Source of the DNA: Pecten maximus
Taxonomy: Eukaryota
NCBI RefSeq assembly: GCF_902652985.1
Contig: NC_047017.1
Coordinates: forward strand, 51,770,001 to 51,834,000
Length of the DNA stretch: 64,000 nucleotides
Direction of reading: 5' to 3'
The notes under the pieces are model-generated. The model saw only the letters and a program-made list of their open reading frames with translations. It was not told where the DNA came from and did no database searches. The translations under genes and the position numbers were made by a program. Of this stretch, positions 23,901 to 35,558 are shown piece after piece; position 1 is the first letter of the stretch, and each line of letters starts with the position of its first letter.

Positions 23901-26650
23901 GCTCTACGAAATAGAAATCACTTTGCCTGCAGAAAGTATTAACACTGATTGGAATGGTATTTTTTAACATTCTCTATCAATGTAAATTAATAGTATCCAT
24001 TGCTTTAACAGAGGAAGACGAAAGTAGCAATGATGAGGATGGTAATGGGGAAAGTGACGAATCTTCTGGTGAGTATGTTTATGCCATCTTAATTTAGATT
24101 AACTGGTCTGAAATAAATTTGCATATGAAACATGTTTTTTGGTGGGGTTTTTTCAGATTATAAATCATTATTATCAATACATGTATATTATATAAACAAG
24201 GTTTTCAATTAGCATACTAAGTATAAAAAAAACCATAAAATTTCATTGTTACCCTGACGTTGACTCACGTATGAAAATGTTTTCTCCAAAAACCTTTCAA
24301 ACTTTACAACATCAATTACATGCTAATGTGGAAACCTAAATTTTAGATTCAACTTCAAGTTATTTCACAAATATCCCCGTTATGACGGTATGGATTTTTT
24401 TCTGGAAACCTAAATTTTCTACTATGGGGTAGGTTTGAGACTGGCCAAATTGAAATCTCGAACCAAATGCAAACTTTGCATTCTAAAATTATGTAAACCC
24501 ACTCTCTTTATTTCATCATTCATACCAATTTTGGTGTAGATTTTATTTTTAAATCTTTATACATCAATTTATAAAGAGGCTATGTATTATATAAAACTAT
24601 AACATGACCCGGCCAGGCTTCTGTGGTCTTATACTTCATTGTTACCACGGTTGAAAATGAAAACGAACATCATCTAAATATGTATAGTCAATGATAATTT
24701 TCTTGAATATTATACATTTAATTAAATGAGTATTTAACAATAGTGATATACTCTGTCATTAGTAATACACTATTTATTCTTATGTATATAGATGTATAAT
24801 GTAATTTTTAGAAGCATAATGTTTCCTATCGTATGCTTATGTGGTAACACTTGACAGCGGGATATTTCACCTGTAAAAGCGTAATAAAATATACACCCGT
24901 TGATCAACAAAGTTATAAAAAATCTTCGTATCAATGATGTCACTCTATATAAATAGAAACTAATCAACAGTAGGCAATAATTCCTGCATGTCTGTAGTGT
25001 TTACAACCTTTAGGGCAATGTTTTGGGATGGTGTTGGGGACAGCCCTGGTGTACGCATCATGTAATTTGTGCGTCAGTGATATAAACAATAGTATCAAAT
25101 TACAAAACAACTTGCAGACTTTCATATAGGCTCCTGATAACCGACTATTCCATCACTTGCCTGTTTTAATTGATAAAAAGACATCTCTGTCAGACAAAAG
25201 GGTATCAATTATATTCTGCTGAAATAGTTTAAACCCGTAAATATTAAATATATATATGTGGGATATTCACTTGAAATAGGTGGTTAATAGTTTTTACTGT
25301 CACTACAGTGGCAGAAGGAGGAGATAGCGTGGGTAACCAAAATGGCAATGCTAATCAAGGAGAGAGCGATCCTCATCGTAAGTATACTTCTTAGGAAATT
25401 TTTGACGATATACTGGTCAGATATGATACATTTATACATAGATCTGAAAGGATAAAATGACTAGTATGAAATATGCATCAACATTTAAAGATGGTGTTAC
25501 TGAGTACGTCATCATGGTTTGAAATTAAGGTCTGACTCATATCAATGTTTAGTAAAGTCTTCGTGAATATCCTTATTTTGCATTAAGGTATTGTACGCAT
25601 ATCTGTTATAGCTTAATAATGATTGGCATGACGATTCCTACTTGTGTTACTACGTGGTACTCTCTTTACATTAGAAATAGAGAAAACCCATATTCAAACG
25701 AAACCCTCATATCGCCCGTAGGTGTTTCTTGTTTATTCAACGACACATGCCGTGAACGTTTTGGTCAAATTCTGCTGATGTCAAATGAAAGTTTAGGTCA
25801 AATCCTGGTGACGTCACCTTTTTGGATGAACACTACTGTAAATCAACAGACAACCTGCAGACGTTTTCCCACGAAAGGCTATGATGTAATGATATTGAAT
25901 ACGTTCAATTATTTGCAGCACATTTTTAAAATGCCGTTACATTTTTTCTATGATAGGCAGCTGTGGAAGTCATGCCCATTACGATGTTCAAAACGAATGC
26001 TGCGTCTGTAATGAAGGCTGGGAAGGCGACCCATCTACCGACTGTGATAAAAAAGGTCAGCTGCCTATCTATTTGTTCATTTGTATTATCATTATTTTCT
26101 ATCATTTATTTATTTCCTGTAAACGTTTAATTGGTGTATTACCGTTATTTTCTCTACATTATTCATTAACAACATCAATTCAGAACTTTGCTTGTTCTTT
26201 CAGTGACAGGAGTTGACGGGAATCAAAATGTTGGTGATAGTGAAGAAGATAGCTTTTCTCGCTGTAAGTGTTTTGATAAAACGTAATACTCAACTCATCT
26301 ATTGGGATCTGATGCGTAATACATTGTTAAGGCGCTGAATTTATATTTAAATTAATCTACATAGAAAGTAAATCCTAAGTGTAATATATAACAGATCAGG
26401 CAACTTTCTTGCTATTTCAGCATTCTTTTTAAGTGATGTTTTCATTTACATGCCATGCCCTTCATATAATCTTCTAGAGCGAAACATACGTGCACGTTTT
26501 TTCATGATTTTATGAAAATTCGTTCTTAAACATTATTAATGTCATGTTTGGATATACATTTGTACATGTAGATTTTCTGCTTATTATTGAGTTGGGATTG
26601 TACAAAAGATACACAAGATATTAATAAAACATTTTTTTTCAGATCGTTGA
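14933..26650 (+). CDS. Paralog B: secreted highly acidic (Asp/Glu/Ser) protein with two mini EGF-like modules (~289 aa, ~15 coding exons)
   Basis: Exons 14933-14981 (MFAFKELVLFTLLVIV), 15732-15761 (AVECSEREKR), 15903-16001 (TTCGAHAHYDPQNNCCVCNDGWEGDPLVACERQ). Then 57-bp acidic exons (consensus EEDESSNDEDDNGESDESS) at 16941-16997, 17778-17834, 18529-18585, 19105-19161, 19855-19911, 21296-21352, 23623-23679, 24012-24068. Then 25309-25377 (VAEGGDSVGNQNGNANQGESDPH), 25957-26055 (RSCGSHAHYDVQNECCVCNEGWEGDPSTDCDKK), 26204-26263 (VTGVDGNQNVGDSEEDSFSR), and probable last exon 26643-26650 (YR*). All GT-AG, phase 1; AATAAA at 26747. The last exon is the least certain. Confidence 0.82.
17326..19975 (+). 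repeat. Recent intragenic tandem duplication, ~1.33-kb unit x2, each carrying two acidic microexons
   Basis: ~17326-18652 is nearly identical to ~18653-19975; homologous exons are offset by 1327 and 1326 bp. Confidence 0.9.
21535..22025 (-). mobile_element. Inverted copy of the 8430-9027 repeat inside a paralog B intron
   Basis: Reverse-complement similarity (tttttgaccaatcagagcgaacc; aaacgggaaaacattcaatatcct). Confidence 0.7.
22305..22360 (+). other. Ninth acidic microexon copy that has lost its original splice donor
   Basis: tttaacag acceptor intact, reads EEDDSSNAGNDNGERDESS, but the G|GTGAGT donor is deleted; an internal in-frame G|GTAATG exists after 22328. Confidence 0.6.
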
Positions 26651-28392
26651 TATCCAGAACGAATGCACGTGATCTTACATCCAATCCAGGAAGTACATCT
26701 GATATCGACAATAATGCAGTGGATAGATCTATGTAATATTTAAATCAATAAATATTTAACATTTCTGGTTTAAGCATTGTGTGTCTTTTGGGTTATTCAA
26801 TCGTGTCTAGAGTAATGTCGTTCTTGCTCGCGCTTACGATGACCATACTTCTTGTAAGTGTGGTAATGTTTTAGGTAGTGAAAATTAATTTAAGACAGTG
26901 AAAAACATCGATCTCCAACAAATACAAGCTGTGTATTCCCTCTATTTAAAAAAACCATAAAGAATACATGTAATCTCACCAACGTTTATTCCAAGCTCTT
27001 CACGTCAACGCAATCAAGATTTCATTCCCGCAGTTATCCGATTTGCCCACGTGTCTGAGGCTGTCAGCTTGTTGATTTGAGGTTAAACGTTCAAGTTGAT
27101 ATCAACAGGAGTGGATGTGCAAAGCATAACATGTAAGGTTATTCATTATTGAAATCATGTATGAAAAAAAATACTTCTATAAATCGAGCAAAGTACCTGT
27201 TTTACTATTTTCAAGTTTTGATTGCGTTTGAGTTTTTCCTTTTAGTGTTTTATTCGGCGGACATATTATCACAGTGATCTCGTCTTTATTCTCACGGTAT
27301 TAACAGCGCCTCATCAGTCAACAGTATATCGACTGGTAATGTTCACTCTATCTATACAGTCGCCTGCCCGTCAGAGAATGTTTTTTTCAAGATGGCGGGC
27401 CATCATGATCACGGACAATAGTAGTGCACTTTAAGCTACAAAATCACTTATTTATCAGAACAATCCTACTGAGACAAAAACAAAATAGAAAGATCAAAAT
27501 CATATTACCATATTAATCAGATGTTGTGTATTTTATAGAAATGAACAATGAACCTTTTATAAACAACTATGAATCTTTCGCCAAGTTGGGGAAACTGTAA
27601 AATTCTCCGTCACGGCCGTGTGTTTTGGCTCATATTAAATTATCAAAACAGCCTAATGTTTATCTTTAGAAAGACTCCCTGATGACATCCGCTTTCAAGC
27701 AATGACATGTTTAAGCTCACAGCCCTATAATATTTACAAAAAAAAGGGAAAACGATTTTGTTTACCTTACGGATTGGTCTCCCAAATTGTATAGCATGTT
27801 CAGCCGAAAATGTGACGGATTAGTTTACAAAAAGACCTGCATTTTGGCTACGGATTGATTAAAAATAATGAGCGCAATAGAAATTCCTTCTTCGTCAGAA
27901 TTTAGCGGACATTTGGAAAAGACAAAATGTCAAATTACATTGTCAAATTTAGTGCTGGAACCGTTTCAGAAAGTAAGAAGCCCTGGCTTCATTCACATAA
28001 TTGTGTACCTTTACCTGTGTGCCAAGAGAAACAACAAAAAAGTGAAGAATTACCTTAACCTTTGATGAGGATGAAAATGAGAAAATCGAACATCTCGCAC
28101 AGAAAGTTTCTGGCTACTTAATTCTTAAAATTGTACGGAGCTTGTGAGAGACATGTATAAATAGCTGGGTACTAAGAGGACCAATCGACCACGTTTGTTG
28201 AGGGAACGTGAGCTGATTCTTGATAGATACACATACCTGTCTGCTTAGAACAGGTGTAAACTTAAATGTATTGGCGAACCTGGTAAAGTACATTGTAGAT
28301 TTTATAAAGAAATAACTCTTGTCATGTTACAAAAAGCATCTGAATAGTGACGAGGTTCAGAATAAATGTATGTACTCAATGTACTCAATGGT

Positions 28393-28600
28393 TGGTCGAG
28401 TAGCATATTGGTAACACACTTGTCTTTCACCTAGACGGCTTGGGTTCTATCCCCCGGCCGGACGTGAAAGGTATGAGGTCACTTGCCCAAACAATTGGGT
28501 TTCAACCCACACGAAGACCTCTAGCGCGCTTCCATCCGGCCCAACAAGCGTGATAAATATAAGATACAACTTGTTTCGCAATCGTTGTAAAATAGATAAA
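28393..28600 (+). mobile_element. tRNA-derived SINE remnant
   Basis: tRNA-like head (tagcatattggtaacacac...gggttctatcccc) followed by a SINE-like body. Confidence 0.5.
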
Positions 28601-29674
28601 GTTTATCTAGTTTAAGCATCCTTTTGCAATTGAGTATTAAAAAATCATGATATTTATTGGAATTATAAGTCATATGTTTGTCAGAAATAAGGACTGGGCC
28701 GTGAGTCCTTCTGACTATAAAATATTAAATGTAACCGGTAAATACCAGACACTTTGTACAGTTTACATAGGTGGAACAAAACAGAAACCTAGACAGCAAA
28801 TACACCTCGTCGAAACCGGACCCTGTAAACGACGACAATACATCAGATGATTGACGGACAGTCAGCATTGATTTATATGTCTGCGTTATGTCGACATAAC
28901 TTTACACTTTTGACACAAGGTCAGATTTCAACATTATGGGAATGGCCAATTACAAAACGATCAATGAAGGCGATTAGGAAATGAAACAAGTTATCTGTCA
29001 TAATGACCGCGTACAATGGAAGATTGATATCCACAAAAGACCAACAGAAATCGCTGTTATCGCCAGCAGTTGAATGAGAAATTGGAAAGAAACAATGCCT
29101 TTGTTATTGTTCAGAAAGCCACTGAAAATTTGGCTTTTTGGACCCTGCGGGCTTGAATAAGGCACTAGGTAAATCGGTTCAACCTACCAACACGCAAAAT
29201 AAAATCATAGGGAAATTAGCAGGATTTGAAACTTATATACAAATGCTACATCATGTAAACACCAGCGATATTTAGTCGTTTTGTGATCAATGGGGTCCAG
29301 GGTATGATATCGTAGATAAAAATGGTGTAGGATATCTCACCAACCTTCTCTAGAAGACTAATGATGATCCCGTATTCCAAAACCCAGCAGTACAGCGAGT
29401 ACTCACATTTCGTGGTTTTACATTGTGGGATTCAAGATGAAAGAGACCGCTGTCTGACACCCGCGGGATTATATACGGGCCAACGTGCGGAAGTTCCAAC
29501 CAATTTTCACTACCATTTCTAATAAACTTAGGAAAGGCAGGATTCAGAAAATGTATGCAGGAAATTTGAGCATTCGTAGATGTTAGCACCTGTAAAGTCG
29601 TAACTCTACGTAACCTTCATTTACGACCTTTACCGAAAGGATATTAGTTTTCTTTTGTATCCAATATGTGAACG

Positions 29675-29880
29675 CATCGTTGGTAACCTTGACCCACATT
29701 CTCGTGTGGTCGGTTTGTGAACAGCATTGGTAACCCTAATACTAATTCTTGAGTGATCGGTAGTGAACCAACCATTGGCAACCCTTACACATTCTCGTGT
29801 GGCCAGTTTGTGAACACAACATTGGTCACCCTACACACATTGTCATGTGACCGGTATGTGAATATATCCTCGGTAACATT
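29675..29880. repeat. Degenerate short tandem repeat (~45-50 bp)
   Basis: Recurrent ttggtaacc...cacattctcgtgtgg...tttgtgaac. Confidence 0.55.
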
Positions 29881-30017
29881 ACTGTCTCACCTGTCCGATT
29901 CGTTGGTATACGAAGTGTTCATCAGACACGAACTATAGTCCACGTAGTCCAAATTTCCTGAATTCATCAATTATACAAAAATAACTCTTTATCTCTTTGA
30001 AGTAGAATTCGAGGCAG

Positions 30018-30320
30018 AAGGCACGATGGTCAAGTGGTAGGACGCAAGGCTATGTGACCACAAAGGTTCGCTAGTTCGAGTACCGGCACAGGAACTGTGT
30101 TGTATTATTGCACAAAATTCTTCAGTTGTGGTCCGGTCTACTCAGCTGTAACGGACAGCACAATAAATATGTGTACCCTGTTAGCACCGAATGACAGCTC
30201 ACGTTGTATGCTCTTCAGGGAGTTGAAAACTACATTGGATGATTGCTAAAGACCAATCACCACGGATGATAAGATCAGATTTGTGTGCGACAGCTGTGGT
30301 GCTGGGATAGAGCAGTATTT
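30018..30320 (+). mobile_element. tRNA-derived SINE remnant (CORE/Deu-like body)
   Basis: Head ggcacgatggtcaagtggtaggacgc...agttcgagtacc; body ctactcagctgtaa...gtatgctcttcagggagttga. Confidence 0.5.
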
Positions 30321-30932
30321 AAAAGACCTGCAAAGTATCATTTTTATTAATAGAATTACATTTCTGTTGTTTATTAATAGTCTGATAAAAATAGTCTGGT
30401 TCATTGATGAAAATATTATATAGATTAGAGTTCATTTGCTTCAATGAAAACACCAACAAATATAAGTATACATCACAGTTATAATGAGCGCTTATTTGTT
30501 AGAAGGCTTCCCCTGAGGTATGTCGGCGAATTCAATATAATTTAGCAAGTTCCATAACGAGGGAGCGAGATAAAGCTAGAAAATGTCTGTAAGACATAAA
30601 TGCCCCCGTTGCCACTCGACACCACGCAGATTGGTGATGATCGCATCAACAGTTCCTGAGATTAGCTAGTTACATTGCATCGGGATGGGACGAGACGTTG
30701 TTATGTGATTAGAAATAAATAAAGTAGTGAAAATTGTCTATTTCGTATTGTTAATAACCACGTACTCCGTCGTTATTTTTGCTGCAGTTTTTATTGTTAT
30801 CCAACCCATCATCTATCAATATGAATGGGCAAATTGTGATGTATATCATCGAACAAGAGGCGTGTGGTGGTCAATATGATTATATTGTTCTGGGGCTGTC
30901 GATAATTTGGTTGCATTGTTAACAATATCACT

Positions 30933-31109
30933 TACTGTTAATCATTTATATTTCGCGTGGGATTAATTCGTAAATTCGCTTTATTACGCGAGGAGAGTGA
31001 ATCGATCAATGAAATCTTCAATAGGTTACGAAAGCATGCATTTGTGAATATATCTGAAGAGGTAAATTCGCGAAATAAAGCATTCGCGATACCTTGGTGA
31101 TTTACAGTA
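30933..31109. mobile_element. Small Tc1/mariner-type MITE
   Basis: Ends TACTGTTAATCA ... TGATTTACAGTA, with internal ttcgcg/cgcgaa motifs. Confidence 0.55.
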
Positions 31110-32944
31110 CGTCATACAAATCTTTATGTCTTTGACTAATTATCAGATCAGATGGGGAAATGACTAGCGCGAGTATGATGTATAATTTTAATCCCAATGT
31201 TTGGATGTATAACTTCTTCCTTACTGTTTCTTATTTAACTATGTCAAGGTCATTGTAATGTTCATATTTGTTAATTTTGCCATGGGAGCTTGGTCTATGA
31301 GATGCTTCAAATGCAAAGCAATATTATACAAATTTGCATATGTCATCATAAGCAAAACGCTGTGTGGCCTCGCCCATCGTTCTCCTCGGCTTTTTGTCGT
31401 GTAGCATTCTTTACAAACATCAGTGTTTTAAAATTCGTGCATCGCAGTGTCTTTAATCGTTTCACTATTTATAAGAATAAATTAGCGTTTAATGAGTTAA
31501 GTATACAATCTAGAGTTACAGTTGATTTAACGGAAATAGTTACGTTATAAATTGCGACAATATTGATGCACTGTAGCACATACATAATGTGTTTATATTT
31601 ATATGTACTTAATGTGCACGTGTCAAATAATAGTTCTCATGTTCCTAATGATTACCATTGAGACTATCACTTGATTCAGAGGCTTTTCACGCTGTTTGGA
31701 CGTCAGTGCATCGTGAACCAATCTTTTTTTAAGTTAGATGCCGATATAACTTTTTTTAGCACTTTTTGAAAGTCGAATTTCCCAACAAGGGACCATTAAC
31801 ATCAATTAATCTGCCCAGGCTAACACACCTTGGTTATTTCGATACACAAGTACCCCTCTTATTTCTCAACGTTATTTAAACCCCATTTCTCCAAATGTTC
31901 TTACAAGACAGTCATAAAACAGCTGAATTTGGACCACCTGGAACACCAATCTTTTTCTTATTTTGAGAATGTGATTTAACACGGATTTGACCTTGGTATG
32001 GATCGCGGATGTCGTTGATGAGGACGCTTACCCTTTTGGAATACTTGGTCTTAATCTCCTCCCTGTCCTTTTTAATTTGTATCCATGCGATATTATTGTT
32101 ATATTTTATACCGGTTGTTATCCAATCTGAAGAACATTGAATATGGAACAGACAACCAAACACTTTTTACAGATGGAAGGAGGATTTTAGAAGTTTTAAC
32201 ACTGTAGATTTGGATGCCTTCTGCTCCACGATATCATATCATCCGGGGAAACCGGAATGCAGACGATTTGTGGACAGTAGTGTTCTTTTGTATATTGCAA
32301 TTGTTATGTATATCTAATCAATCTCTCTCTCTCTCTCTCTTCTTTTTTAACAACAATCTTCTTCCTAATGTCTCCCTTGAGAATGCCTTAGTCTTTACCC
32401 TGAGTTGGGCGTTTCTCCCGCTAGGAATATTTTGGGTCCTGTTCCCTGGCCGAGACATACCAGAGTCTATTAAATGGTAGTTGCTGCTCCCACTTAACAT
32501 TATAGGCGTTCCGCTCTATCACAGCCGGAATCCCGACCTTCACTACCCTTTGTTAGCTCATTTTTTCGGCCCTTTTAAGTGTCTAGCATTTCGTTGAATG
32601 CTATGTTATGGCGATTTTTGGGCAACCCCAATAAGTCTAGCTAACATGGTATTGAGGATAATGTACTGATGCTGTAGTTGCTTTATATTGTTTATTAAAA
32701 TTACTGTGTTTTGGAATTTATTGTTTATTTTTCATAATGACTTGTGTTTTCGAGTCATGGGACTGACTAGTTTATATTATAAATTCTAATGGCACCATTT
32801 TGGTGGCTATTTCCATTTAAAACCTGTTGTTAATGATTTTTTTTTGTTACAACGTAGGTAATGGAATAAATAATGTCAGTTTCTTCAAAAGGTGATTCCA
32901 ACAGACAGTTGTTCAAAATCACTGTAAGACATCAGTTATTAAAA

Positions 32945-33195
32945 GCGTGTAACACCACAAACATATCAACAGTTTGACTGGGAGGATTTAGTTTTAGTAT
33001 AATTACGCGTGTAACACCACAAACATATCAACAGTTTGACTGGGAGGATTTAATTATAGTATAAATATGCCTGTTAAACCACAAACATATCAACAGTTTG
33101 ACTGAGAGGATTTAGTTTTAGTATAATTACGCGTGTAACACCATAAACATATCAACAGTTTGACTGGGAGGATTTAGTTATAGTGAACTTATACG
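32945..33195. repeat. ~62-bp tandem repeat, 4 copies
   Basis: gcgtgtaacaccacaaacatatcaacagtttgactgggaggatttagttttagtataattac repeated. Confidence 0.85.
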
Positions 33196-33805
33196 TGTTT
33201 AGTACTTTATTCACTCCCTTCAATATTTCCTCCTTTTACAATTTAACCGTATAAAACAATACGATACTGATTGAACCATGTAGTTGTAATCTCTATCCCA
33301 TCAAAGGACCTTTTATTTGTAAGTCTTTCATTTATAATGGCCATTGGTTGATACCAAATATACATACAAGTCAGAAGAAAATCGAATGACTCAAGTTTTA
33401 TTTTTAATAATTGATTGTATTTCTCATTACACACAATCTAACAGCAATTAAGGTTACTGGTGTATCTGAAAATAAAACATACAGTATTAAGAAATACGAC
33501 GATATATCAGAAATGTACGTTCTTACAATATTGTCTTTACGTTACAATTGCATGTGATTGCTCTAGATTTAGTTTTTATATTGTATATATGCATGCATAA
33601 ATGTAGAGGAAACAGACGATATTAAACATCAAACCTAACAATTGCCCTCGTCAGTCGTCATGCCCAATAACAGATATACTTGTTTATTTTGGTTTCGTGT
33701 GAAGTTCTTCATATTTTAAACTTTATTCAGTTAATGATATGTACATGTATTTTATGGAGAACATGATTAATGCCTCACCGTTATATGCTAGGGTCTTTTT
33801 TAGTA

Positions 33806-35558
33806 TTAATCCCCGCTGCTATTACTTCCGTTTTTGCTACTTTTACTTCCGCTGTTGCTACTGTTACTTCCGATCTCGCTACTTTCACTTCCGATCTCGC
33901 TACTTTCACTTTCGCTCTCGCTACTTTCACTTTCGCTACTACTGCTACTGCTGCTACTGCTACTGCTACTGCTACTGCTGCTGCTGCTGCTGCTACTACT
34001 ACTACTGCTTTCGCTGTCTTGTATCACGTCTGGCTCTGGCTGAAGGACTGGTAGTGGTTGAGCTACGGTGATTAAATCTAATGGGAAAGAATATGTAATC
34101 GATAATGAAATTAAGTACAAATTGAATTGATAATAATTGTATTTGGTTTATGATTGCAGAACAAATGTACCCATTCTTATTTGTGAAGAGTGCTCCACGA
34201 GAAATTGATATTTTCATACATTCGGATTTTACCGAAACACAACACAGAATATTATCATAGTATCCGTCAAATGGAATATGATATGAATGCACATTGTACC
34301 ATCTTGTTAAATGAGCGTTCGACTAATATTTGACATAATTAAAATGATCCACATTATCCTATTAACTCCTGGTTTTCCAAGAAAACTGCGCACTAACTTT
34401 CTCAATTGGCACCTGACATATTTGATTAATGATTCATAAACCGGTGTTCAGGAATCAAAAATGACCTTTCTGTCAAAAATGACAATAGCTATTATTAATA
34501 TAGTGAGTGATATAGCATTATCAATCCGTTTATAGACTTAAAGGGCAGCCATGAGACCTGTATATGGCATATACTGAATGGAAACTTACGACATCCAGTA
34601 TCTGGAGTTCCACTGCATCCATGGTCACATACACATGCTCCAGCATTCCAGTCATAATGAGCCAAGAATCCACATTCCACAGGAGCCCCAAAAAGGTAGC
34701 CTAAATAAACAGCAAGCTGAACATACACACGAAAATACAGTGTTTCCTTGATATGATATACTGACTGAATTAATTTTGATTTTAATGCAGATTGCTATAT
34801 CTAAAATATATAATATAACGTAGGACAAACAAAAACAAACTTGTTTCTGTTGTTAGAAACAAAATATGATTTTTTTTTTTTTATAATAAAGGAGAGGAGA
34901 CAGATTACCGCATGTAAATTAAAGCCAGCCAAATGTTGTAGTAACGAATGTAGTATACAACACGATCCGGCTGACTCCTATTTCAAATATATACTTCCAA
35001 AAATTACAAGATCTCCATAAATACCTCTCTTTTCTCTCCTCAGGTCAGCTCCATCCGCCACTGTTAAACCAATAGTTACTTTTGTAATTTGTTTTATTTC
35101 TCATTCAAAACATTATAATTTTATTAAATACTAAATGTCAATATCCATCTTTGTTCTAAAGTTCATTTACCTATTTATGGAGTTGATTTTTTCAATGTCA
35201 GCCCGTAAATTAAGCAATGGCGTCGCTGTTTGTTACATCGCTTTTCACTGGCTGTGCATCATTAAAAGTGGCATTGCCGTTTGTGTTAGCAACGAAATTA
35301 TTATGAGCTGCGCATATGTCAATAGTGTACATCATTTTATTGTATTTTTTTATATCACAAAATATTCACTGCCTATCTTATTAAGCATTATTTGATATAT
35401 AAGATCATGGTATTGTATTTAGGTGAGTCTTTATACCACTAGTTATTCATTCCTTACCTAATCAAGCTGTATTTGATATTTAAGTCAACAAATACATACT
35501 CACCCCAACATCCGACCACGACCAACGTTAGCAACGTAAGATCTCTGATCCCAAACAT
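33806..35558 (-). CDS. Paralog C: secreted prepro-protein with mini EGF-like module and poly-Ser / Ser-Glu tail (~157 aa, 4 coding exons)
   Basis: Exons 35558-35504 (MFGIRDLTLLTLVVVGCW), 35060-35025 (VADGADLRREKR), 34700-34590 (GYLFGAPVECGFLAHYDWNAGACVCDHGCSGTPDTGC), 34077-33806 (HLITVAQPLPVLQPEPDVIQDSE-S25-ESESSESESESSEIGSESSEIGSNSSNSGSKSSKNGSNSSGD*). All GT-AG, phase 1; TATA-like at ~35602-35608; AATAAA (minus strand) at 33727-33722. Confidence 0.85.

Noticed and set aside
31800-32200. Possible minus-strand LINE RT remnant
   Set aside because: Only faint motifs (AWIQ, INDI); too degraded to support.
33739-34071. Plus-strand poly-Cys/Tyr, poly-Ala/Thr and poly-Leu ORFs
   Set aside because: Antisense shadows of the poly-Ser exon of paralog C.
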